The notes under the pieces: generated by a model | The model's input: only the letters and a program-made list of their open reading frames with translations | Database searches by the model: none | Told to the model about the DNA's origin: nothing | Translations under genes and position numbers: made by a program | NCBI GenBank assembly: GCA_043228905.1 | Contig: JBHGNT010000005.1 | Span: 21,142,001-21,206,000 of the forward strand | DNA: 64,000 nt | Origin: Azolla caroliniana | Taxonomy: Eukaryota; Plantae; Polypodiophyta | Direction of reading: 5' to 3' | Shown: in pieces, positions 38,097 to 48,990 of the stretch | Numbering within the stretch: position 1 is the first letter of the stretch | How the letters are laid out: each line of letters begins with the position of its first letter

Positions 38097-41000
38097 ATGG
38101 AGTACTCAGAGCACGAACTGAGACGTAGCTCCCGCAACATCAGAAAATCGACTTTGCAGATTGAGAGCTACAACACAGAACCCGCTCGATCATCATCCAG
38201 GTATGTTTCAGTTACAGAAACCCCAAACATTTGTTTTTTCTTTTTGACTACTGTCTGAACTTTGGTGCCGATTCATATTTTCCCAAAATCGAATAGGGCG
38301 AAGTCCTTGGAGTCCCATACAAGGATGTCTCGCAAATCGGGGAGTAGCAACAGGTGTGTTTATATTACTTTTTTTGTGTTTAATCTTGTCTTTAGTGATG
38401 ATTGGGGTTTCTGATTGAAATTTCTGATTAGGGTTTTTGTTTATAAATTTCTGATTAGAATTTCTGATTAGGGTTTCTGATTGAAATTTCTGATTAGGGT
38501 TTTTGATTATAAATTTTTGATTAGAATTTCTGAATAGGGTTTCTGGTTACAAATTTTGATTACAGTTTAGAATTTCTAATTATAATTTCTAAATAGGGTT
38601 GTTGTTTATAAATTTCTGTTTAGGATTTCTGATTAGGGTTTGTGATTGAAATGTTTTATTAGGGTTTTTGATTATAAATTTCTGAATAAGGTTTCTGGTT
38701 ACAAACTTCTGTTTATAGATTTTGATTAGGGTTTCTTCAAATTTCTGAATACAAATTATGATTAGGGTTTCTGATTTGCTAAGTTAAAGATTTTGCACCA
38801 TTTTTGTTGTTGTTGATTGGGGTTTCTGATTCTCACATATTCTGATTTTGCACTATTTCTGATTTCTGAAATGATATTTTAGATGGCTCGTTCCTCCGTA
38901 TACGAGAGTGCTAAACTTCACAAAATTTTGCGAGACAAAGGAGGACTTCCACAACACCTATGGTCTGTCACTCGAGGGTGTTGACCCTGCTGTCCTAAGT
39001 GATAAATTGATCAGTGATGTAGACTGGATGACAGTATATACAGTGGCTAGAGTCAAAGGCAAGGTCAAGTTGAAGCATGTACGAGCCGACTTGTACGACG
39101 ACTGCATGAGACTGCACCAGAAAGTTCATCAGGAGATCCCAGTCAACAATGAGTTGTCAGTTTCATTTGCTAGAGCATTTGCATATGAGTACTGCAAAAC
39201 AACGAAGGAATCCAGAGACCCTGAAATGTATAGGGTAGCTTGGGCAGTCTATGGTGAGGCATCGGTAAAAAGATGCCGAAAGATGGGGACCTTGGCACAA
39301 AAAATAGATAGATTTTGGAGCATGGCAGCTGTTGATGCAACTGATGACTCCCAACAAGACCGGGGGCATACACCACACCGACACCCAAGGAAAGCCAAAG
39401 TTGATGATACAGGTGAGACATTGGTTAGCTATATGCTAAAAAATGTCCATGAAGCCTGTGAGACATTGGCATTTTTTAAGACTGATTTAGAGAAAGCCAC
39501 AATGGCTTCTGCAATGGAGAGCAAAGTTACTTCCGCTGTTACAACAATTAGAAATAAGATTCAGGTAACTATTGTTTTGCTGGTATGTGATTGTGTTATA
39601 AATTACGGGTAAAATGTGCTAATCAAGCATTATCTGGAATAGGTTGCGCAACAGGAGCTTGAATTAGAGGGGCCACTGGATCCCCAGCATAAAATAGAAC
39701 TGCAAATAGAGATCCAGGTTCTTTCAATGAACCTGGACCTTCTAGGTGTAAATACTGTTGCAAATTACAATTTGGATAAGCTTCAAGTAAGTTAACAATT
39801 CCTGAGCAAAGTTGGTGTATCTTTCAACAACAAGAATAATTAATCGGTAAATTTCTCTGTTGCGTTGACGGAACAGTACATTCATCAAGAACAGGTAGTT
39901 AGTTGCCTTAAGAAGCAGCTACATTTTGTGGAGGGAATGGTAAGGACCAGACAGGATTTGGACCTGAACATTCTTGCTCCCTTACCAAATGAAGTAGAAC
40001 CAGAAAATGATTTATTGACAGTTCAAGCACGTTGCATCGCTTGCGGGTTAGGTGTGGAGGACAAAACTGCGTCTTTGTTGGTTCACCTACAACCATGCAA
40101 CCACACATACCATCTGCTTTGCTTTCAACATGCCTGTCGAATTGCTGCATTCTGTTTGGGAGATTGCAGTACAACTCTACCAAATGAGTGGAGAAAACTA
40201 ACAGGTATACCATACTGTAGCTAATAAGCTTAGTCCTTTCTAATTAGCTATCCTACTAATTAGCTACTGGCAGCTAATGAGCTACTAGCTAATTAGCTAT
40301 CCTAGTAGCTAATTAGCTAGTACCATAGTTGTGTAAAAAAACTAATTAGCTATCCTACTAGCTAATTAGCTACTGGCAACTAATTAGCTATCCTAGTAAC
40401 TAATTAGCTACTGCCATAGTTGTGTAAAGTAGCTAATAAGCTATCCTAGTAGCTAATTAGCTACTAGGCAGCTAATTAGCTATGGTACTAGCTAATTAGC
40501 TAGTACCATAGTTGTGTAAAAAACCTAATTAGCTATCCTACTAGCTAATTAGCTACTGGCAACTAATTAGCTATCCTACTAGCTAATTAGCTATCCTAGT
40601 AGCTAATTAGCTACTGGCAACTAATTAGCTATCCTACTAGCTAATTAGCTATCATAGTAGCTAATTAGCTACTGCCATAGTTATGTAAAGTAGCTAATAA
40701 GCTATCCTAGTAGCTAATTAGCTACTGGCAGCTAATTAGCTATCCTAGTAGCTAATTAGCTATTGGCAGCTAATTAGCTATCCTAGTAGCTAATAAGCTA
40801 TCCTAGCTACTACATAATTGAGAAAGTAACTAATTAGCTATCCGAGCTACTACCATAGTTAGTAAAGTAGCTAATTAGTTATCCTAGCTACTACCATAGT
40901 TAGTAAAGTAGCTAATTAGCTATCCTAGTTACTACCATAGTTGAGTAAAGTAGCTAATTAGTTATCCTAGCTACTACCATAGTTGAGTAAAGTAGCTAAT

Positions 41001-41957
41001 TAGCTATCCTAGCTACTACCATAGTTGAGTAAAGTAGCTAATTAATTAGCTATCCTAGCTACTACATAGTTGAGAAAGTAGCTAATTAGCTATCCTAGCT
41101 ACTACCATAGTTGAGTAAAGTAGCTAATTAGCTACCATAGTAGCTAATTAGCTATCCTAGCTACTACCATAGTTGAGTAAAGTAGCTAATTAGCTATCTT
41201 ACTAGCTAATTAGCTATCTTACTAGCTAATTAGCTATCGTACTAGCTAATTAGCTATCCTAGCTTCTACCATAGTTTAGTAAAGTAGCTAATTAGCTATC
41301 CTAAATAACTGCCATGTTATTGTAGAATCTTGTGGATTAAGGACGGCACATGATGTGTCTAGTGCTGATGACGCTGCAACAGATGAGGATACTACTGCCA
41401 ACGTGGTTGAAAGTAAGAGTCCTGCTATCACATCTCCTTCAGATCAGCTCCACCCTATTCTTTTGGAACAATGTACTGAATTAGGCAACGATGTGAAATG
41501 CCATGAAATAGTGGAAACAACATGTAAAACTGAGGTTCACAACAACAGTGTTTATGAACACTTGATGCAACATTTCTTCGAATCTCAAGACCTTGATTCC
41601 ACCTCACCGAGCCCAACTACTGAAAATGTCCAAACAGATCCCTCTGTACTTGAGAAGCTAGTTCAAGAAATGGTTGATGTGCAATTAGCTGCTGAGGCGA
41701 TGGGAAGGTTGTCGAAGGAGGACACACTTGCGCATTGGGTGAAAGAAGCAAGGCTAAATGGGGAACCAACCAGAAAAAGGCTGAAGAAGGGGCCACGATC
41801 GGGAACAAGACCAGTTACTCGGTCAAGGGGCCCAGACTTTGGGATTTTGCTAGGGTTTTATGAAGTTTTACTATCATGTTGGACAAGTAAAACCTCAGAT
41901 TGGTTGTTGCTTGATCCACATTATGTAATGGAACTCTATGATGTTTTTCCAAGATAA
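38097..41957 (+). CDS. Multi-exon accessory gene with RING-H2 finger; exons 38097-38200, 38297-38353, 38883-39564, 39643-39786, 39877-40204, 41326-(end uncertain)
   Basis: Five consecutive GT-AG junctions keep one open frame (phases 2,2,0,0,1); C-x2-C-x17-C-x-H-x2-H-x2-C-x10-C-x3-C in exon 5. Confidence 0.75.
38395..38870. repeat. Degenerate TTTCTGATTAGGGTT-type repeat filling intron 2 of the accessory gene
   Basis: Many variants of TTCTGATT and TAGGGTTT. Confidence 0.8.
40218..41300. repeat. Array 1 of palindrome TAGCTAATTAGCTA (intronic)
   Basis: Dozens of copies with short spacers, inside intron 40205-41325. Confidence 0.95.
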
Positions 41958-41971
41958 TTTGAAGAGTGTTG

Positions 41972-42768
41972 TGACGGGAACTTGTCGTTCCTTATGCGCA
42001 AGACTTGGCCACAACCGAGATTCTTTTCATACATAGAAAACGGGAAATAGAACACGACACAAAGGGGAGGAAGATATACACACACTACACAGGAGGTTTA
42101 CGTGGAAAACCCCAAACTAGGGGAAAAACCACGGCAGCCCACAGGTTGCAAACTGTCACTATGTATGAATGTACAAAACAGTGAGTTCTCGGGGGCAACG
42201 ACCTCGGACTCACACTCTTCGCCACAGGCGGCGGTTACAACAGAGGCAGCAACCTCTTTCTCTCTCTCTCACTCTGTACAACGTTACGCACACACTCTTC
42301 TTCTTGCAACAAGAAAGAATAAAACCACACATCACATTAGTTTGCCCTAAGTCATATTTATACTAATATGACTTTTCGGCTATTTACAAATATAGCCACA
42401 ATGGGCTCTCAGAAACATATTTACGAATATGTCTCTTCCTCCGGTTCATACCGGGCCTGCACCATCCGGCTCTCCGTAGCCGGGTACTCCTCATCCGGTT
42501 CATACCGGGCCTGCACCATCCGGCTCTCTGTAGCCGGGTACTCCTCATCCGGTTCATACCGGGTCTGCACCATTCGGCTCTCCGTAGCCGGGTACTCCTC
42601 ATCCGGTTCATACCGGGTCTGCACCATCCGGCTCTACGTAGCCGGGTACTCCTCATCCGGTTCATACCGGGCCTATATCATCCGGCTCTTCGTAGCCAGG
42701 TACTACTCATACCGTTTCGTCAGCACTGTTCTACTCCCTTCCCATATGGAGGAACCTGTCTCCCAACA
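41972..42768 (-). repeat. Solo copia LTR (related to copia C/G LTRs) inside the Sola2-like element
   Basis: TG...CA; TSD TGTTG at 41967-41971 and 42769-42773; similar to 59806-60460. Confidence 0.88.
42441..42710. repeat. 5 x 54-bp tandem repeat within the solo LTR
   Basis: CCGGTTCATACCGGGCCTGCACCATCCGGCTCTCCGTAGCCGGGTACTCCTCAT units. Confidence 0.95.
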
Positions 42769-42870
42769 TGTTGTTCTATGACTGAAACTCTTTGATGTTC
42801 AGGATATTGTTTTGTGAGACTATTAGTTACTTTGTGAGTGTGAATATGTTGGTGTTTTCTGATGTTGCAG

Positions 42871-43845
42871 AGTCTAAAGGGTTTGATTCTATTGCTCGTA
42901 AGGCCAATGGCAGTGTGGATACTATTGATGTTGCGGCATGTTTAAAGGGCCCCATCTTGAAAGTAGATGTAGCAACTGACACAAGTGATCTGGTCACACA
43001 AGTTGATCAAGCATGTAGCACGGATGACTTGGTGTTGCAGGTAGATGCAGCATGTGATACCAGTGGACTGATATCGAGCAGATCAATAGCTACATGCACC
43101 GAGGTAATCCAAGGATTGATAACTAAGTCGACAAAACAAGAGCACCAGAATGTGAAGCCAGGCCCAACACAGTCGACTAGGGGTTTGAAGAGAAAACGAC
43201 GCCAGTTGTGTCGGCCGACCTGAGCTGATTGAGATTGATCGTATCCTACCAGAAAATGGTGTAACAGCGGCTCAGTTTCAGGAATGGAAACCTAAACCAC
43301 TAGAAGTCGAAAGAAGAGCCTTGATCTTGGAGCTTGATAAAGTCTTGATCAGTGTGAGATATATGCAGCCAAGGAGGGACACGAATCAGTTTCTAGAGTG
43401 GGTTGTGCAATACTTTGATTTGTTTATTTGGAGTGAAAAACCAAAATCAGATGTGTGGAAGTGTTTGGCAAGATTCTTCCCAAAATGGCGAAGTCGTTTT
43501 AAAGGTCAATGGGCACGAGAAAATTGTGAGCAAATGGAAGCTGCAAGATTCAAGAGACTTTCTGATTTTTGGGCTACTTGGCCTGAATATAATGCCGACA
43601 ATACATTGATTTTGGATATAGAACATTTCCGGCACTACTTCAATATTCGGAGATGCTGTCTCATTCTACCCGAGGAAATGCCTAAACAGTACCTGTTGCA
43701 AACAGTGAGCTGCCAACTAGGTGCATGGTTGTGGACTCCATACCGAGCTCGATATGCGGATAATATATGTAGACTCGTTCCACTGACTAGTAAGAGCTTA
43801 GCTGTTTATAGGAGATTTGTAGACATTTCCAATGGTAATTTATAA
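42871..43845 (+). pseudogene. Terminal exon/ORF with FCP1/NIF-like HAD phosphatase fold (degenerate active site); probable 1-bp frameshift near 43215
   Basis: ALILELDKVL (motif I, normally DLDxT), FLEWVVQYFDLFIWS, RENC, KRLSDFW, YNADNTLILD; acceptor TTGCAG at 42870. Confidence 0.62.
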
Positions 43846-44189
43846 ATATGTAAAGAGATGACATTATTCAATGAAGAATTTAATTACTTGTTCCCACTGT
43901 ACTTATCTACTGTGTAATTTGAGGAATATGTTGCAGATTGTTGATTTCATGCTATTGATAACTATTTAGCTATTGATAGCTAATTAGCTGCACTTGTACA
44001 GCTAATTAGCTACTGATGACTATTTCGCTATAACTTATAACTTAAAACTTAACAAAAAAGACATGATTTTATTGAGAAAGAAGCACAGAAAGCATGTATA
44101 CAAGAAATTGATTCCAAACGAATTTATTTAACTGTTTTCGCGAAATACATGTTTGTTTTACAAGAGAACATGGTAAGTGCTACTTGTAG

Positions 44190-47100
44190 CTACAAATTCC
44201 ATGGCATACTATTGTAAATACATTCATACACATTAGCACCAACAGTGTATAAACCGGAGCAGCTATTGTATTCTGACATTGGGACGTTGATGCACCTGAC
44301 CAAATGAGAGTACATGTACGCCGCTGGTTTGTCTTCTAACAGCCTGTACACATATTCGTAGTCATCTAGTTTTGCATAAAAAATGCCTTCGATGTAGAAT
44401 GTCCCGACAGATACAAAATTTCCCCATGCATCTACAATATTCTGCCTTGCACACTGTTTACTAACCGTGCACTTTAATATATAGAAATCAGCACCCTCTG
44501 AATTGCCTTCTTCAGCATTTACAACAAAGTTATCCCCAACGTTCAGGACATCACTCAAAGTATCTCCAAGTCCCTCATATGTGAAGTCAGCATTCTGCCC
44601 TGTTTCTCCATCAATTGCTTCCTTATCATTCAGAGTGTGATACTCCCAATTCTGAATGTATGCTTTGTTTAGACAATATCTCCAATTTCCCTGCACACAA
44701 AGGAAGCAAAAACAAGTCAATTCTCTAACCGCAATACAATGACCATCCAACCTGGAATAACCGCGAACAGCATGCAGAGATCGCAATTCGGGAATTCCTT
44801 GGCACTCCCAGGTCTTCTCCCTATTTACTTCATCTATCTTTACTTCCCAAAATTCACGTTTGATATCTCGGACTTGCGAGGAATAAACACCTGTGGCACT
44901 CGTTGACATATTTGTTCTTAAAAATTCAACTACATGTGATGCACAATTCATGTGCACACCATCTGTCTTTAGTTGTTCATGGGTAAGTGCCCGCTTTATA
45001 ACAGCCCCTGCACCATCATGTTCACCTTTACCATGGCCAGACCCAAAAAAATTCCATCTCATCTCCAAACCTGTTATAGCAGGATACCTCCCCACAAAAT
45101 AAAATGGATGTCGAGCCTTGAATTGTGATGCAGCTCCGTCAGACCAGACCCAATGTTGAGTAAGCTCCAAACGTTGAGCTAATAACCACTGCCAATGTAA
45201 CTTAAAACAGTGTTGGACGAACAAGGTATCATGCTTCTTATCATCGGAAATAAAGAAATGAATTACTTTTTTAACATCACCTAAAACTCGAAAATATGTT
45301 ATGTGCACAAAAATGGTTACCTGAACTGAACACCAATGCATAGATTGAATTTCATTCTGCTACTTGAAAGCATAATTCTCTACGAAATCTACTACTAAGA
45401 CTACTACATCATTTGGGAAATCAAATATGCAAGTCTTAAACTGATGGGCCTGCCATGAATAAATGAAGTTGTGTTTAGTGAACTTTCCTAGAGATACTAC
45501 AAACAGAGACACCAAATCCCTTGGTTTAAGCATCTTCCGAACTAGATCCTTTCTTTTACACACCTTTCCTTTGAAATTGGTGTTCACTGACTCAAATAAC
45601 TTCACAGAGATCAATATTTCATTACTCAATTCATTTGGACACCACCTAAATCTAGTAGGGCCACAATCTTGACATAAACCCATGACACATTTATGAATAT
45701 GGAAGATAGCGTCAGTTTCTCTCGGACACAATATTGAATCTAATAAATAACTCATGGAAGAGATAACGTGCTTAGATGATTTACACTCCTCTTGCGGGCT
45801 TGATCGACAGATTGGGCACCCACATGTGCAAACTGTATTAGTTAGGGATGCGCTATGGTGACGTAGTAGATTAACAGAGTCCTTCAGAAAACCCATCTGT
45901 ACATGGTAAATGCAACAACATGTGTATCGATCCTTTAAGCATCTCACAAAGTGTGGCTTAAGAGACTCGAATGTTCGTAGTTGAACTTTGATAGTTGGAT
46001 GCATTCGTTTGAACCTAATAAATAAATCGACTTGCGTAATAAAGGGGAATTAGTTATTCTCGTAACTAGCTAACTATCCTAGTAGCTAATTAGCTATTCT
46101 AGTAGCTAATTAGCGATCATGGTAGTTAATTAGCTGTCCTAGTAGCTAATTAGCTATCATGGTAGCTAATTAGCTGTCGTAGTAGCTAATTAGCTATCAT
46201 GGTAGCTAATTAGCTATTCTAGTAGCTAATTAGCTATCATGGTAGCTAATTAGCTGCTCTAGTAGCTAATTAGCTATCATGGTGGCTAATTAGCTTTCCT
46301 AGTAACTAATTAGCTATCATGGTAGCTAATTAGCTGGTCTAGTAGCTAATTAGCTATCATGGTAGCTAATTAGCGGCTCTAGTAGCTAATTAGCTATCAT
46401 GGTGGCTAATTAGCTGTTCTAGTAACTAATTAGCTATCATGGTAGCTAATTAGCTGGTCTAGTAGCTAATTAGCTATCATGGTAGCTAATTAGCTGGTCT
46501 AATAGCTAATTAGCTATCATGGTGGCTAATTAGCTGGTCTAGTAGCTAATTAGCTATCATGGTAGCTAATTAGCTGGTCTAGTAGCTAATTAGCTATCAT
46601 GGTAGCTAATTAGCTGGTCTAATAGCTAATTAGCTATAATGGTGGCTAATTAGCTGTCCTAACTAATTAGTTGTCCTAACTAATTAGCTATCATGGTAGC
46701 AAATTAGCTGGTCTAGTAGTTAATTAGCTATCACGGTGGCTAATTAGCTATCCTAGTAAGCTAATTAGCTTTCCTAGTAGCTAATTAGTTGGTAATAACG
46801 AAATAGCAAACTAGCTACCAGTACAGCTAATTATGAAGCTATCCTAGTAGCGAGTTACCTATGTAGCTATCCTAGTAGCTAACTGAGGTAAATGTAACTG
46901 ATAAGCTAATTAGCTTTTCTGCTAACTGAGCTAATTAACTTTCCGAGTAGAGTCAAAACAAATGTTGAGATAAATGTAAATACCTGAGGTACATCAAGAA
47001 GATGAATGGGATGCTCCTCATATTGATTTCTTCCAACACGTTTCCTGCATAAATCCTTTTTATTGGGTGAAACCCTACTCTCATTAGTCCAAAACATTGT

Positions 47101-47733
47101 GATTACATCCTTGATTTCAAATGTTATGGGTGTCATTGGCTTACATCTTGTAGTTAGCTTTAGTAGACTAGTTCCTTCACCCGAGGAAATTATACGGTTC
47201 ATTGTATTGTACACTGTTTTTCTACTAACACCAATTACCTTAGATAGCTCACTGATGTTTATATCGTCAACATCACTATTAAGTAACATCATTAGACTAG
47301 ACCTTTTTAAGACAAGATCATCTTCTGACCTGCTCATGGATACGAAACTATTACGAAGATTATTTACTAAAATAGATGATATGTTTGCATTAAGACCATC
47401 ACAATCAACTAAGTCCTTTATTGATGGATCATTACATATTCCATAAAGTACTACCTTCTTTTCTTCATTGCTGATGTGCTTGGTTTGAACATTGAAATAG
47501 TCTACAACCTTTCTCTCTATGATGGTAGTCGCATTACTTACATTCTCAGCTAAACTATCTTTACCTTTACTGAGTGTGGCTTTCGTATCCTTCAACAATT
47601 GACGATGTTTCCTTTTTTTTTCTGCCCAATAGTTTCGTATGGCTTGTTGTGTCCTAATAGCATCATCCCTATCCTTATGATCATTGAGGGGTAATTCTAA
47701 ACACCCTTCTTCCCCTTCCATTTGGCTGGACAT
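44190..47733 (-). pseudogene. Sola2-like DDD transposase, exons 47733-46984 and 46031-44190
   Basis: Putative triad VVDFVENY / WSDGAASQFK / HGKGEHDGAG; C-terminal CFCFLC..C; premature TAG at 45360-45362; splice acceptor mutated to AA at 46032. Confidence 0.85.
46068..46935. repeat. Array 2 of palindrome TAGCTAATTAGCT(A), mostly 20-bp period with alternating 40-bp dimer (intronic)
   Basis: TAGCTAATTAGCTATCATGG / TAGCTAATTAGCTGGTCTAG alternation inside the transposase intron 46983-46032. Confidence 0.95.
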
Positions 47734-48064
47734 GTTAAAACCCTAAATTTCCAGAAAAAAAAACAAGTATTAAAGATGGCTATGGGCAACAACAATACAC
47801 AAAAATATTCGACAATACACAAGATTAGACACAACGTTACACAAGATAATCAATAGACAGAAAAGTTATTGCAATCCAAGACCGAACAGTAGAGGATTTC
47901 ACTCCGTTGGATCGAACAGTTGAGGAGGCGATCCAAGACCGACCAATGGCGACAACTGAGTGTAGAATGTTGCCGTTGGATGAGTGAACTCCGTCAAATA
48001 GAAATGTGGAAGCAATCCAGGACTGGACAGTAGCGGCAACTGAGTATAGAATGATGGCAATGGA

Positions 48065-48637
48065 GGAGAGAACCCCGTCAGATTGAACAGTTACCGATGA
48101 TGCTTGGAACGCACATAGAAGGCACCTGAGAGTAGAGTGGCACAGAGAAGAGAACCTCGTCAGATTGAACAGTTACCAATGATGCTTGGAACGCACAGTA
48201 GCGGCCCCTGAGTGAGAGTGGCAAAGAGAAGAGAACCCCGTCAGATTGAATAGCTCTTTGATGATGCTTGGAACGCACAATAGCGGCCCCTGAGTGTAGA
48301 GTGGCAAAGAGAAGAGAACCCCGTCAGATTGAATAGCTCTTTGATGATGCTTGGAACGCACAGTAGCAGCCCCTGAGTGTAGAGTGGCACAGAGAAGAGA
48401 ACCCCGTCAGATTGAACAACTCTTTGATGATGCTTAGAACGCACAGTAGTGGCCCCTGAGTGTAGAGTGGCACAGAGAAGAGAACCCCGTCAGATTGAAC
48501 AACTCTTTGATGATGCTTGGAATGCACAATAGTGGCCCCTGAGTGTAGAGTGTCACAAAGAAGAGAACCCCGTAAGATTGAGCAGCTCTTTGATGATGCT
48601 TGGAACGCACAGTAGCGGCCCCTCAGTGTAGAGTGGC
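48065..48637. repeat. 81-83-bp tandem repeat, ~7 units, upstream of the transposase
   Basis: AGAACCCCGTCAGATTGAA... units at ~48069, 48151, 48232, 48315, 48398, 48481, 48564. Confidence 0.93.
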
Positions 48638-48965
48638 GGCAGGTGGACTCGATAGGGTTTAGCAACAGTGGTAGCAACTAACCCACAATACTCAACTAGA
48701 GATGGCCTATGTGATGTGGCAAAGGATCATGCATAATGGACCTAGGAATTCGATATATAATTTATGGTACACATTTATGGTGCACACATCAATTTATGTT
48801 GCACATTTATGGCACTCATTTACATATGTAATTAAAACACTCTAGTATTTTCAATGGTAGATTTTTGCATACTTAATTTATTAATGATGGCTTTTTACTA
48901 AAATGACTATTTATCAATGGTAGCTTTTTGCATAGCTAATTAGCTATGTCAAGGACATAGCTAAT

Positions 48966-48990
48966 TGTTTCCACTCGCATGCTTTCACCC
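48966..48990 (-). repeat. Right TIR
   Basis: Inverted repeat of 37846-37870, followed by ATGT. Confidence 0.95.

Larger units (their letters stand above)
37846..48990 (-). mobile_element. Complete Sola2-like DNA transposon 2 (11,145 bp) with transposase and accessory gene
   Basis: 25-bp TIRs GGGT(A/G)AAAGCATGCGAGTGGAAACA at 37846-37870 and 48966-48990 (1 mismatch); 4-bp TSD ATGT at 37842-37845 and 48991-48994; GRG termini and 4-bp TSD as described for Sola2; DDD transposase inside. Confidence 0.9.

Noticed and set aside
42368-42781. ORFs with 18-aa repeats on both strands
   Set aside because: Arise from the 54-bp repeat inside a solo LTR
38097-43845. Ordinary host gene
   Set aside because: Lies entirely between matched TIRs with a TSD and shares repeat motifs with the transposase gene; host origin by capture remains possible
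46068-46935. Palindromic repeat with short variable spacers as a CRISPR array
   Set aside because: Spacers are only ~6-7 bp and recurrent; the array lies in a spliceosomal intron
44190-47733. CACTA, hAT or Mutator assignment
   Set aside because: No CACT(A/G) termini, and the 4-bp TSD does not fit 3-, 8- or 9-bp TSD superfamilies
48078-48677. Short ORFs with repeated peptides (RSKHHQR...)
   Set aside because: Translation by-products of the 83-bp tandem repeat
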